A DNA stretch of 64,000 bases from contig JBDHXL010000009.1 of NCBI GenBank assembly GCA_039810685.1, forward strand, positions 8,029 through 72,028, in the 5' to 3' direction. This DNA comes from Pedobacter sp. Its GTDB lineage: Bacteria > Bacteroidota > Bacteroidia > Sphingobacteriales > Sphingobacteriaceae. The translations under genes and the position numbers were made by a program. Numbering within the stretch: the stretch's first letter is position 1; every line of letters starts with the position of its first letter. Of this stretch, positions 20,398 to 30,098 are shown piece by piece. The notes beneath the pieces are model-generated. The model saw nothing but the letters and a program-made list of their open reading frames with translations, was not told the DNA's origin and did no database searches.

Positions 20398-21499
20398 ATT
20401 TAGGTGCCTTACGCAAGATTATTGCTCCGAGGAGGGCAAATATAATAATGGGTAAAAGATTGGCCACTAATGGAGAAAAGCCACCTTTGGTAGAAAACAT
20501 TTTGGTGAATTGCACCATTACAATAAAGAGAAAACTCAGTACAATGCCTATACCCAGTGATAGGCCTACACCACCACGTACTTTACGTGATGATAGCGCC
20601 ACACCTATTAAGGTTAGTACAAAGGCTGATAAAGGTTGGGTGTAGCGTTTGTACTGTTCAAATAGCAAATCATTCATGATACCCGAGCCTCTAATTTTTT
20701 CTTTTCTGATTTTGTCGCTCAATTCGCTATTTGTCATATTTTCCACCACATTATCATAAGCCGAGAAATCATCGGGTTTCATATCCAAAACCGTATCTTT
20801 TGTTTTGTCGTTGGCATAAACCATTCCTTCTTTTAGTCCCTTTATAGTTCGGATAGAGTAGTTGTTTAATCGCCATACTTTTTTGAGGGTATCGTAACTA
20901 ATTTTATCAGCTACAATCTTTTTTTCTAGCTCATCACCCTTAAATCGGTCTAGTGTAAATCGGTATCCAATATTGCTTCTGTTATCGAAATTATCAATAA
21001 ATATATAGGTGTTCTTGTCCAAACGCATGTGAATATTGGACTTGGTATAGGGGTCGTTTTTGTTTACCACTTGGTTCATGAAGCGGTTTTTTATTTTGTT
21101 GGTGTAAGGTAAAAGGTAAAGATTGGACAGCAGATTGGCACTAAAAATGATAAATGCCGCAATGAAATAAGGACGCAAAAAACGGTTGTAGCTAACACCA
21201 CCGCTAAGTATGGGTACAATCTCTGTTTGGTCGGCCATTTTTGCAGTAAAAAAGATTACAGCAATAAAGTTCATCAGCGGCGACAACATGTTGACATAGA
21301 AGGGAACCGAACCGGCGTAGTATTCTGTAAATACTTCCCATACGCTCATATCGTTTTCAAGAAAATCATCCAATTTCTCGGACAAATCAAAAATGATGAT
21401 TACCAGTACAAAAACAGCCAAAGTATAGACAAAAGTACCTAGGTACTTGCCAATTATATAACGATCAATGAGTTTTAGCCTGTTCTTAAAAAGGTTCAT
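20396..21499 (-). CDS. LptF/LptG-family LPS export permease
   Basis: IDRYIIGKYL, TM segments around a periplasmic beta domain, SGGVSYNRFLRP, GVALSSRKVRGG; TAATG overlap with tgt. Confidence 0.9.
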   Translation of the reverse strand: MNLFKNRLKLIDRYIIGKYLGTFVYTLAVFVLVIIIFDLSEKLDDFLENDMSVWEVFTEYYAGSVPFYVNMLSPLMNFIAVIFFTAKMADQTEIVPILSGGVSYNRFLRPYFIAAFIIFSANLLSNLYLLPYTNKIKNRFMNQVVNKNDPYTKSNIHMRLDKNTYIFIDNFDNRSNIGYRFTLDRFKGDELEKKIVADKISYDTLKKVWRLNNYSIRTIKGLKEGMVYANDKTKDTVLDMKPDDFSAYDNVVENMTNSELSDKIRKEKIRGSGIMNDLLFEQYKRYTQPLSAFVLTLIGVALSSRKVRGGVGLSLGIGIVLSFLFIVMVQFTKMFSTKGGFSPLVANLLPIIIFALLGAIILRKAPK

Positions 21500-22629
21500 T
21501 ATAATTTTGTGCCTAAGATAGGGAGCATTTTATTTTTCCAAGCATAAAATTCGCCCGAAATAATCTTGTTTCTGGCCTCAGTAACTAGCCAAAGATAAAA
21601 ATGTAAATTGTGCAGTGTTGCAATTTGTGCACCCAACATTTCTTTACTGTGCATCAAATGTCGTAAATAAGCTTTAGAGTACATTTTATCGGCCAATAAA
21701 TCACTTTCTTCCTCAATTGGCGAGTAGTCGTTGGCCCATTTTTTATTGCCAATATTGATCATGCCTTTGCGGGTAAAGAGCATACCGTTGCGGGCATTTC
21801 GGGTTGGCATTACACAATCAAACATGTCTATGCCCAAAGCAATATTTTCTAAAATGTTTACCGGTGTGCCCACGCCCATCAAATAACGAGGCTTATTTTG
21901 GGGCAAAATATTGCAAACTACCTCGGTCATGGCATACATTTCTTCGGCAGGCTCACCAACCGAAAGCCCACCGATAGCGTTGCCATCTCTGTTCATACTA
22001 GCAATAAATTCTGCCGATTTTTCTCGTAAGTCTTTATATACAGAACCTTGTACAATCGGAAATAAAGTTTGGTCGTATCCGTATTTGGGCTCGGTGCTGT
22101 CCATTCTTTCGCAACATCTTTTTAGCCAACGGTGGGTCATATTCAACGATTTGGCGGCGTAAGCATAATCGCAAGGGTAGGGTGTACATTCATCAAAAGC
22201 CATAATTATGTCTGCACCAATACTACGTTGAATATCAATTGCGTATTCGGGGCTGAAAAGATGTTTGGAACCATCTATATGCGAGCGAAAGGTAACCCCT
22301 TCTTCTCTGATTTTTCTGACCTGGCTTAGCGAATAAACCTGATAACCGCCACTATCTGTCAAAATTGGACGATCCCAGCTCATAAATCGATGCAAACCGC
22401 CAGCTTGTTCCAAAATATCAAGACCCGGACGAAGATAAAGATGATAGGTGTTGCCTAAAATAATTTGGGCATTAATATCTTCTTTTAATTGTTGTTGGTT
22501 GATAGCTTTTACGGTACCTGCTGTACCTACAGGCATAAAAATAGGAGTTGCTATTTCGCCGTGTGCCGTGCTTATAACTCCTGCTCTTGCCTTGCTGTTG
22601 GGGTCTTTTGCCTTTAGTTCAAACTTCAT
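21499..22629 (-). CDS. tgt: Queuine tRNA-ribosyltransferase
   Basis: TPIFMPVGT, GNTYHL, TDSGGYQ, FDECT, DMFDCVMPTRNARNG. Confidence 0.98.
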   Translation of the reverse strand: MKFELKAKDPNSKARAGVISTAHGEIATPIFMPVGTAGTVKAINQQQLKEDINAQIILGNTYHLYLRPGLDILEQAGGLHRFMSWDRPILTDSGGYQVYSLSQVRKIREEGVTFRSHIDGSKHLFSPEYAIDIQRSIGADIIMAFDECTPYPCDYAYAAKSLNMTHRWLKRCCERMDSTEPKYGYDQTLFPIVQGSVYKDLREKSAEFIASMNRDGNAIGGLSVGEPAEEMYAMTEVVCNILPQNKPRYLMGVGTPVNILENIALGIDMFDCVMPTRNARNGMLFTRKGMINIGNKKWANDYSPIEEESDLLADKMYSKAYLRHLMHSKEMLGAQIATLHNLHFYLWLVTEARNKIISGEFYAWKNKMLPILGTKL

Positions 22630-22660
22630 TTATTCGTAATGACCTTTCTAAAAAATCATG

Positions 22661-22668
22661 CAAAAATA
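22661..22668 (-). promoter_or_regulatory. -7 element (TATTTTTG) for tgt-lptF/G
   Basis: caaaaata on + strand, 31 nt upstream of the tgt start. Confidence 0.5.
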
Positions 22669-22795
22669 ACATTATTTTGCGTCATCCGCTTAGCATGTTA
22701 ATTTTAGCTAGCCAGTGTTTGTACCTATATGGAGATTGATTTTTCAACATCCTTCACTAATTGCGATAAAAAACAGACCTTTGCATCTTTCTGCT

Positions 22796-23926
22796 ATGAT
22801 AGCTCTCGATTTTAGTGTTTTAGAACTCAGTCTGTTAGTGGTACTAGGGCTTAGCGCATTAGTTCACCTTTTTTATTTGTTCTACTTTCATCTCCGCCTG
22901 CGTAATTATAAGCCCGACCCAATTGATAAACAGATTTATCATCCCTTGTCGGTTCTTATTGCGGCTCGTAACGAAGAAGAAAATTTGCGTAAGTACTTGC
23001 GTAAGGTGTTGACACAAGATTATCCCGATTTTGAGGTGGTGGTAATCAATGATCGCTCTAGTGATGACACGGCCGATGTATTGCGTGAATATGCTCAAGA
23101 ATTTAAACACCTGAAAATTGTTAATGTAAACCCCTACGATAGTTTTTTGGCTGGCAAAAAATTTGCGATAGCAATGGGTATTAAAGCAGCCAAGCACGAT
23201 TGGTTGGTCTTTACTGATGCCGATTGTGAACCTGCTAGCCAAAATTGGTTGAGGGAGATGTCGCTCCCGACAGATGAAACTAAGGAGATTTTGCTAGGCT
23301 ACTCGCCTTATACCAAACGCAAAGGCTTGTTAAATGCTTTAATTCGCTACGAAACCTTTTTTACAGCAGTCAACTACATGTCTTTTGCCCTCAGTGGTAG
23401 GGCCTATATGGGGGTAGGCCGTAATTTAGCCTACAAAAAAGAATTGTTCTTTAAGGGTAAAGGCTTCTCTGCTCACATGCACATTCCATCGGGCGATGAT
23501 GATTTATTTGTGAACGCCCATGCCAACCCTAGCAACACTGCCATACAGCTAGCCTACGATTCGCAAGTGTGGAGCGAACCCAAAACTACCTGGAGTACTT
23601 ATCTTAAACAGAAAAACAGACACTTAGGTGCCGGGCACTTTTATAAAGCCGAGCACAAACGATGGTTGACTGCCCAAATTATTTTCCAGGTTTTATTTTA
23701 TGCGTCAGTTATTGCGCTATGTTTTTTTACTAAAACACTTTATTTGTCTTTGGGGACTTTGGCCTTAGTTACATTACTCAAATATTTTGTTTATCCACCT
23801 TTGCTTAAAAGACTGAATTATGCAGAGTGGCGAGTGTTTTTTCCGGTATTAGAGATTCTTCTTCTTGTTTTTTTAGTCCTTAATGCCATTCTCGCTATCT
23901 TTGTCAAAAAAGTAAAGTGGAAATAG
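22796..23926 (+). CDS. Family 2 glycosyltransferase, membrane-anchored
   Basis: N-terminal TM, IAARNEE, INDRSSD, FTDADC (DxD), SGDDDLF, QKNRH, C-terminal TMs; ATG 22796 preferred over GTG 22715. Confidence 0.88.
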   Translation: MIALDFSVLELSLLVVLGLSALVHLFYLFYFHLRLRNYKPDPIDKQIYHPLSVLIAARNEEENLRKYLRKVLTQDYPDFEVVVINDRSSDDTADVLREYAQEFKHLKIVNVNPYDSFLAGKKFAIAMGIKAAKHDWLVFTDADCEPASQNWLREMSLPTDETKEILLGYSPYTKRKGLLNALIRYETFFTAVNYMSFALSGRAYMGVGRNLAYKKELFFKGKGFSAHMHIPSGDDDLFVNAHANPSNTAIQLAYDSQVWSEPKTTWSTYLKQKNRHLGAGHFYKAEHKRWLTAQIIFQVLFYASVIALCFFTKTLYLSLGTLALVTLLKYFVYPPLLKRLNYAEWRVFFPVLEILLLVFLVLNAILAIFVKKVKWK

Positions 23927-23953
23927 GATTGCTTTTCCTTTAAGAATCAGCTT

Positions 23954-24589
23954 ATGCCAACAGTACAAGTCGATATAATTTTTAAATATTTTACCGGATT
24001 GAGCGAACAACAGAAAGAGCAATTTACAAAGCTCTTTGAGTTGTATAGCTTCTGGAATGCACAAATCAATGTAATTTCTCGTAAAGATATTGATGAGTTG
24101 TACGAACGCCATATTTTACATTCCCTGGCAATTGCCAAGTTTTGTACATTTAAGAAAGGTGAGCGAGTGCTTGATGTGGGCACGGGTGGTGGTTTTCCGG
24201 GCATACCTTTGGCTATTCTCTTTCCCGAAACGGATTTTCATTTGGTTGATTCGATTGGGAAAAAGATAAAAGTTGTACAAGAAGTGGCTAAAGCTTTAGG
24301 TCTTAAAAATGTAACCGCTACACATGGCCGAGCCGAGCAAATACGAGATAAATATAACTTCGTAGTATCAAGGGCGGTAACACGTTTGGCCGATTTTTAC
24401 CCTTGGGTACGTGGTAAATTCTCTTCTCAACACATCAACGCCATACCCAATGGCATACTCTACCTAAAAGGTGGCGATTTGAACGAGGAAATCAAAGAAG
24501 CTAAACTTAAAGCAGAATTGTACCCTATATCAGATTTTTATAGCGAAGAATTTTTTGAGACCAAATACGTAGTTTATATCCCGCAATAA
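23954..24589 (+). CDS. rsmG: 16S rRNA m7G527 methyltransferase
   Basis: WNAQINVISR, HILHSL, LDVGTGGGFPGIPLAI, SRAV, LKGG. Confidence 0.96.
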   Translation: MPTVQVDIIFKYFTGLSEQQKEQFTKLFELYSFWNAQINVISRKDIDELYERHILHSLAIAKFCTFKKGERVLDVGTGGGFPGIPLAILFPETDFHLVDSIGKKIKVVQEVAKALGLKNVTATHGRAEQIRDKYNFVVSRAVTRLADFYPWVRGKFSSQHINAIPNGILYLKGGDLNEEIKEAKLKAELYPISDFYSEEFFETKYVVYIPQ

Positions 24590-24700
24590 CTTGCTTTGAT
24601 ACTTGTCAAGCATGAGGTGAGATGATAGGCTGAAAGGTTAAATTTTGATAGAGATAGTGGCTCGTTTCAGATAAATTACTAAATTGAGTTTTTTAAACCA

Positions 24701-25801
24701 ATGAGCCTGCTACATCAAATTGCATTAACCCAAATTAAAGATATTGGGCCTAAGTTGGCCAAAAACCTTATTCAGTATTTTGGGGATGCTGAGGTAGTTT
24801 TTTCTGCAGCCAAATCAAAAATTGAGCGGGTAGATGGTATTGCTCACAAAACAGCAGAAGCTATTATCGCAAGGCGTACCGAGGCATTAGAAAAAGCCAA
24901 GTTACAAATGGATTTTGTCACTAAACACCAAATTAAGGTGTTGACCCAGAGCGATCCACAGTATCCCAAACGCCTTCGCAATTGCCATGATGCACCCTTG
25001 TTGCTTTATTACAAAGGTACTGCAGATTTAAATCATCCACGTATTGTAAGCGTTGTGGGTACACGTAATGCAAGTGCTTATGGAAAAATGATTTGTAAGC
25101 AGTTGATAGAGGTGCTTTCTGCTCATCAAGTTTTGGTAGTGAGTGGTTTGGCGCACGGTATTGATGCTGCAGCACATCGAGAGTGTGTAGCAGCCAATGT
25201 ACCTACCTTAGGGGTGCTGGGACATGGGCTAGATCGTATTTATCCGGCAGTGCATCGCGAATTGGCAGCCAAGATGCTTCACAATGGCGGCTTACTTACC
25301 GAGTTTGTAGCCGGTACTTTGCCTAGCCGTGAAAATTTCCCCCAACGCAATCGGATAATTGCCGGTATAGCCGATGTAACTTTGGTGGTTGAAGCCTCTA
25401 TAAAAGGTGGGGCACTCATCACAGCAGAAATTGCCAATTCTTACAACAGAGATGTTTATGCCTTCCCTGGCCGAATAAACGATGAGTTTTCTGAAGGCTG
25501 TAATTTTTTAATAAAGACCAATAGAGCGGCTTTGCTCAACCATGCTCAGGACCTGGTGTATTACCTTGCTTGGGATAATGAACAAGTCAAAAAAACCGAA
25601 AATAAACAAATACAACTAGCCTTAGAGCTTAGTACTGATGAAAGGCGTATTGCTGAGGCATTGCAAGAACAAGCCATGGGGGTTGATGAGTTGGCTCTAG
25701 CTACCCAGCTCAGTCAAAGTGCTTTGGCCATGCTTTTGCTCACCCTCGAGATGAAAGGGGTGTTGGTGAGTATGCCCGGCAAAATCTATAAGCTGGCCTA
25801 A
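24701..25801 (+). CDS. dprA: DNA-processing protein DprA (Smf)
   Basis: VSVVGTR, VVSGLAHGIDAAAH, NFPQRNRIIAG, GGALITA, C-terminal winged helix. Confidence 0.95.
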   Translation: MSLLHQIALTQIKDIGPKLAKNLIQYFGDAEVVFSAAKSKIERVDGIAHKTAEAIIARRTEALEKAKLQMDFVTKHQIKVLTQSDPQYPKRLRNCHDAPLLLYYKGTADLNHPRIVSVVGTRNASAYGKMICKQLIEVLSAHQVLVVSGLAHGIDAAAHRECVAANVPTLGVLGHGLDRIYPAVHRELAAKMLHNGGLLTEFVAGTLPSRENFPQRNRIIAGIADVTLVVEASIKGGALITAEIANSYNRDVYAFPGRINDEFSEGCNFLIKTNRAALLNHAQDLVYYLAWDNEQVKKTENKQIQLALELSTDERRIAEALQEQAMGVDELALATQLSQSALAMLLLTLEMKGVLVSMPGKIYKLA

Positions 25802-25943
25802 TCAGTAAAAAAAAAAGCACCAAATTTTTGGGTAAATTGCTTGTCTATTTCTAAGTGTTTTGAAATATTATTCGGAGAAGTGTGTTGCGGGGAAATAAAA
25901 TTCTAATTGTTTGACCGGCTCAAAAAAGTCCAAAATTCCTGAT

Positions 25944-25951
25944 TACATTTG
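25944..25951 (+). promoter_or_regulatory. -7 element (TACATTTG) for the cystathionine beta-synthase gene
   Basis: Consensus match 3 nt before ATG 25955; the ORF-track TTG start lies inside it. Confidence 0.65.
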
Positions 25952-25954
25952 TGT

Positions 25955-27316
25955 ATGTGGTATAATAACATTCTAGAAACCATTGGTAATACGCCATTGG
26001 TAAAACTCAATAAAATAGTAAAGGATATTCCGGCCACGGTTTTAGCCAAAATAGAGACTACCAACCCCGGCAACTCTATTAAAGACCGTATGGCTCTGAA
26101 GATGATTGAAGATGCTGAGAAGCAAGGGCTACTCAAACCCGGAGGCACCATAATAGAAGGTACTTCAGGCAATACAGGTATGGGTTTGGCTATGGCAGCC
26201 ATCATAAAGGGGTATAAATGTATTTTTACCACTACCGACAAGCAATCTAAAGAGAAAGTAGATGCTTTACGTGCTTTTGGTGCAGAGGTAATTGTTTGCC
26301 CTACCAACGTTGAACCAGAAGATCCCCGTTCGTACTATTCGGTTTCATCACGCTTGGAGCGAGAAGTGCCCAACGCTTGGAAACCCAACCAGTACGATAA
26401 CCTGAGCAATAGTCAAGCCCACTATGAGCAAACCGGCCCCGAAATATGGGCGCAAACCGAAGGTAAGATTACGCATTTAGTAGTAGGTGTGGGTACTGGA
26501 GGCACCATTTCGGGTACAGGTAGGTATTTGAAAGAGCAAAATCCAAATATAAAAATTTGGGGTATAGATACCTATGGTTCAGTATTTAAGAAATATAAAG
26601 AAACGGGTATTTTTGATAAGAACGAGATTTACCCTTATATAACCGAAGGTATAGGCGAAGATTTTTTGCCTGCTAATGTAGATTTTGATTTGATAGATCA
26701 TTTTGAGAAAGTAACAGATAAAGATGCAGCTTTGATGACCCGAGAAATATGCCGTCAGGAAGGGATTTTTGTGGGCAACTCGGCAGGTTCGGCAATTGCC
26801 GGATTGTTACAAATGAAGCAGCTGTTGCAGCCAGATGATGTGGTAGTGGTTATTTTTCACGACCACGGTAGCCGTTATATGGGCAAAATGTATAACGATG
26901 ACTGGTTGAGAGAACGTGGATTTTTGAAAGATGAAAAACTTACTGCTCGAGGTATTTTGGCTAAGAAGTCGGGTTCAGAAATTGTTACTGTTGATGCAGA
27001 AAAGACTGTTTTGGAGGCCATCAATACTATGAACACGCTAAATATTTCACAAATACCAGTAACACAAAATGGCATATTGGTAGGTAAGCTTACCGAAGGT
27101 GATATTTTACGTGTGTTGTTAGAGAACCCCAGCCTAAAATCGGCAAAAGTAGAGCAGATTATGACAGCAACTTTCCCTTTTGTAAACCTTAATACCTCGA
27201 TAGATAAACTATCAACATTGATAAATAAAGACAATAGCGCTGTTTTGGTTGAGCTTGAAGATGGTCAATTTGATATTATTACCCAATACGATATTATTCA
27301 TGCTATGAAAGCATAA
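25955..27316 (+). CDS. Cystathionine beta-synthase (PLP-dependent, C-terminal CBS domains)
   Basis: GNTPLV, NPGNSIKDR (PLP Lys), TSGNTG, GVGTGGT, TEGIGEDF, DHGSRY, C-terminal CBS pair. Confidence 0.92.
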   Translation: MWYNNILETIGNTPLVKLNKIVKDIPATVLAKIETTNPGNSIKDRMALKMIEDAEKQGLLKPGGTIIEGTSGNTGMGLAMAAIIKGYKCIFTTTDKQSKEKVDALRAFGAEVIVCPTNVEPEDPRSYYSVSSRLEREVPNAWKPNQYDNLSNSQAHYEQTGPEIWAQTEGKITHLVVGVGTGGTISGTGRYLKEQNPNIKIWGIDTYGSVFKKYKETGIFDKNEIYPYITEGIGEDFLPANVDFDLIDHFEKVTDKDAALMTREICRQEGIFVGNSAGSAIAGLLQMKQLLQPDDVVVVIFHDHGSRYMGKMYNDDWLRERGFLKDEKLTARGILAKKSGSEIVTVDAEKTVLEAINTMNTLNISQIPVTQNGILVGKLTEGDILRVLLENPSLKSAKVEQIMTATFPFVNLNTSIDKLSTLINKDNSAVLVELEDGQFDIITQYDIIHAMKA

Positions 27317-27417
27317 GCGGTAGGGAAGTACAGGCTTAAACTAGTGTTAAATTGTAATAAAGGTCTTTTTTTACTTGGCTTTGATATTGAATTGTGTGAA
27401 ATTGAGGTGTATAGTCT

Positions 27418-27425
27418 TATCTTTG
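27418..27425 (+). promoter_or_regulatory. -7 element (TATCTTTG) for the NifU-family gene
   Basis: Consensus match 22 nt before the ATG. Confidence 0.6.
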
Positions 27426-27447
27426 CCCTATAAATTAATTTGAAAAC

Positions 27448-27996
27448 ATGAATATTACCGTATATACCGAACAAACTCCCAATCCAGCTACTTTAAAATT
27501 TATGGTCAACAAATTGTTGATTAACGGAAGCGTAGATTATCCGACAAAAGAAAGTGCCGAGTCGTCTCCCTTTGCTAAGGAGTTGTTTAAATTTAACTTT
27601 GTGAACGGGGTGTTTTTTGCAAGTAACTTTGTTACTGTAACCAAAACAGATGAGGCTAGTTGGGGCGATGTAGAAGCAATTTTGAAAGATTTTATAAAAG
27701 GTGCTGTTGAGGCAGAGTTGAAAGTGAAAGAGCAGCAAAATAGCGAACAAGAACTTTCGGGCTCTGAAATAGAGATTAAAATACAGCAGATCTTGCGTGA
27801 CTATGTACAGCCTGCCGTAGAGCAAGATGGAGGTGCAATTGCCTATCGTTCGTTTGAAGATGGGGTGGTAACAGTTGAGCTAAAAGGCTCGTGCAGCGGA
27901 TGCCCATCCAGTATGATAACGCTCAAAGCGGGTATCCAAAATTTGTTGCAACGTATGGTGCCAGAAGTAAAAGAGGTGGTTTCTGAGGCTATGTAA
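27448..27996 (+). CDS. NifU/Nfu-type Fe-S cluster carrier (Nfu_N plus NifU-C)
   Basis: TPNPATLKF, PAVEQDGG, GSCSGCPSS (CxxC), TLKAGI. Confidence 0.92.
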   Translation: MNITVYTEQTPNPATLKFMVNKLLINGSVDYPTKESAESSPFAKELFKFNFVNGVFFASNFVTVTKTDEASWGDVEAILKDFIKGAVEAELKVKEQQNSEQELSGSEIEIKIQQILRDYVQPAVEQDGGAIAYRSFEDGVVTVELKGSCSGCPSSMITLKAGIQNLLQRMVPEVKEVVSEAM

Positions 27997-28020
27997 ATAG
28001 CTATTGCAAAATATTAGAGA

Positions 28021-28047
28021 AGAAGAGGCATTAAGCCTCTTTTTTTG
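28021..28047. terminator. Terminator between the convergent nfu and suhB genes
   Basis: aagaggc / gcctctt hairpin with a T-run on +. Confidence 0.7.
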
Positions 28048-28052
28048 TATCT

Positions 28053-28844
28053 CTAGAAATGCTTTTGTATTAGATTTAGCATTTCCTGCCCGATTAATCC
28101 GTTGCTGGCTACAATTTCGCGTTGAGCTACAAAATTGTCAGTTCCTTTGAAATCAAAAACTGTTCCCCCGGCTTGCTGAACAATAAAAGCTCCAGCAGCC
28201 ACATCGTAAGCATTGAGGTTGTACTCGAAATAGCCGCCAAATCGTCCACAGGCTACGTAGGCCAAATCAACAGCTGCCGAACCAATACGCCTTAATCCTC
28301 TTGATTTTTGTACCATCTCGGCAAAAAGCCCTATGTATTGTGGTAATTTGTCGAACTGGTAATAAGGAAAACCTGTGGCTATCAGTGAATTGGCCAATAG
28401 TGGGGTTTTGGATACCGTAATAATTTTGTTGTTCAGAAAAGCAGGAGCCCCTTTGTAGCTGTAAAACATTTCGCCACGGTTTATCTCGTACACAACACCC
28501 AACACAGGCTGGTCTTCCTCGTAGAGGGCAATACTAATGGCGTAGGTAGGTATGCCGTGTATAAAATTACTGGTACCGTCTAAGGGGTCAATAATCCAAG
28601 TAAATGTTTTGCTAGTATCGTTGTCGGTTACTTCTTCTTCGGTTATGAAGCCCGAGTTGGGCAAAATCTTCTTGAGGTTTTTTACTAATTGTTGCTCTGC
28701 AGTTTTGTCAACATAAGAAACCAAATCATTTAGCCCCTTAAACTCAATAGCCGCAGTGTCAAAACTCATACCTTCCTTGCGTATAAAATTTCCGGTGAGG
28801 CGTGCCGTAGCTAATACCTTGTTGCAGAGTAATTCGTAATCCAT
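28053..28844 (-). CDS. suhB: Inositol monophosphatase family protein (SuhB)
   Basis: WIIDPLDGTSNF, RRIGSAAVDL, YDVAAG. Confidence 0.93.
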   Translation of the reverse strand: MDYELLCNKVLATARLTGNFIRKEGMSFDTAAIEFKGLNDLVSYVDKTAEQQLVKNLKKILPNSGFITEEEVTDNDTSKTFTWIIDPLDGTSNFIHGIPTYAISIALYEEDQPVLGVVYEINRGEMFYSYKGAPAFLNNKIITVSKTPLLANSLIATGFPYYQFDKLPQYIGLFAEMVQKSRGLRRIGSAAVDLAYVACGRFGGYFEYNLNAYDVAAGAFIVQQAGGTVFDFKGTDNFVAQREIVASNGLIGQEMLNLIQKHF

Positions 28845-28848
28845 TGTA

Positions 28849-30003
28849 TTAGTATTGAGCCAGTTTTTCTTTGTTTTTTAGCGCATAAACGATTAGTGCA
28901 ACACCGGCTAAAAAGAGGAAAGTCGCAATCATTTCTGCTTGGGTAAAAGCAAAAGAGCCAATGTGGTATTTAGTGTTTACCCGAATAAGTTCGATAGAGA
29001 AACGTTCAATTCCGTTGAAAACCAAATAAATGCCAAACATCAATCCGGGGATGTTTATTTTTTCTCTAATCTTCCAGAGAATAAAGAAAATAATCAATGC
29101 TGCAATTACTTCGTAAAAGGGGGTTGGATATACGGGTTGGGGTAGCACATTGCAAAAACGCCCTACACAATCGGCAATTGGAACTCCTTCACCGGCAACA
29201 TTGTTGGGGTAGTTGTAGGCCCACATCCAGTCGGGCAGCCAAGAGAAAGGTTTGGGATTGAGATTGACAATTCCCCAATCGCCATCACCCGACATTTGGC
29301 AACCAATACGACCAACACCATAAGCCAGCATCATGCCTGGTGCTCCCACATCAAGCATGTGTAAAGGCTTAATTCCGTTTTTATGGGCAATATATAATAC
29401 GGCTGCGCCTCCACAAATTAAGCCTCCATAAAAGGTCAATCCGCTAAAAGACAATAAGCCACCAATGGGATCCTGCACAAAGCTATCCCAATGCTCTAGG
29501 TTATCGAATATTTTTGCTCCCAAAAAGCCCCAAATAGCAGCCCATACCACCATGTTGTTCATCAACTCGTGAGGTCGGATAGTTACTTCTACCTTTTTTG
29601 GTTGCGGAAGCTTTGTTTTTTCTTTTTCTTTATGAGTCCAATAGGCCAATAAACCGGCAATTAAAAGACCACCTATAAAACTACCTTGTCCCGATAGGAG
29701 TACGCTTTGCGAATCGTTCACAAATTCGCGGTAGTTCATCAGTGCATAAATTAGTTTATAGCCGATGATGAAGCCGAAAATACCGTTAGATACCAAATCC
29801 CAAGTACTAGCACCTCGACCAATCTCGACTATTTTTTTGATAGCTTTTAGCTTGCCCTGTTCTTCTTTTCGTTGCAATTCTTTGCTAAAAGCCCAAAAAC
29901 CGGCTACAAATGCCAAGGCTACAAAAACTCCAAAGGTGTTGAAGGGTAATGGTATGTTGATGCCGAAAAGATAGGACAAAAAATGTGATACGGTAGGAAA
30001 CAT
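28849..30003 (-). CDS. lgt: Prolipoprotein diacylglyceryl transferase, long form
   Basis: GAKIF, GLTFYGGLI.G, GRIGC, PTPFYE, RFSIELIR; multiple TM helices. Confidence 0.85.
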   Translation of the reverse strand: MFPTVSHFLSYLFGINIPLPFNTFGVFVALAFVAGFWAFSKELQRKEEQGKLKAIKKIVEIGRGASTWDLVSNGIFGFIIGYKLIYALMNYREFVNDSQSVLLSGQGSFIGGLLIAGLLAYWTHKEKEKTKLPQPKKVEVTIRPHELMNNMVVWAAIWGFLGAKIFDNLEHWDSFVQDPIGGLLSFSGLTFYGGLICGGAAVLYIAHKNGIKPLHMLDVGAPGMMLAYGVGRIGCQMSGDGDWGIVNLNPKPFSWLPDWMWAYNYPNNVAGEGVPIADCVGRFCNVLPQPVYPTPFYEVIAALIIFFILWKIREKINIPGLMFGIYLVFNGIERFSIELIRVNTKYHIGSFAFTQAEMIATFLFLAGVALIVYALKNKEKLAQY

Positions 30004-30029
30004 CTTTCTTATAATATTTAGGCGAATAT

Positions 30030-30070
30030 AAATAAAAATGCGATTTAAACAGTGAAAGGTTTAAATCGCA
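30030..30070 (-). terminator. Intrinsic terminator after mtaB
   Basis: Perfect 12-bp inverted repeat tgcgatttaaac / gtttaaatcgca (30039-30070), followed by a T-run on the minus strand. Confidence 0.8.
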
Positions 30071-30098
30071 ATATTGATTTTTTAGTGAGGCTAATGAC

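Noticed and set aside
22729-22815. 28-aa upstream ORF (MEIDFS...) overlapping the GT2 start
   Set aside because: No homology or regulatory signature. A near-consensus promoter box (GACCTTTG, 22776-83) lies inside it, so it is probably not translated.
25801-25954. SAM riboswitch upstream of cystathionine beta-synthase; A10 tract at 25807-25816 as a phase-variation site
   Set aside because: No SAM-I/II core is recognisable and the promoter abuts the ATG, leaving no leader. The A-tract is intergenic and far from promoter elements.
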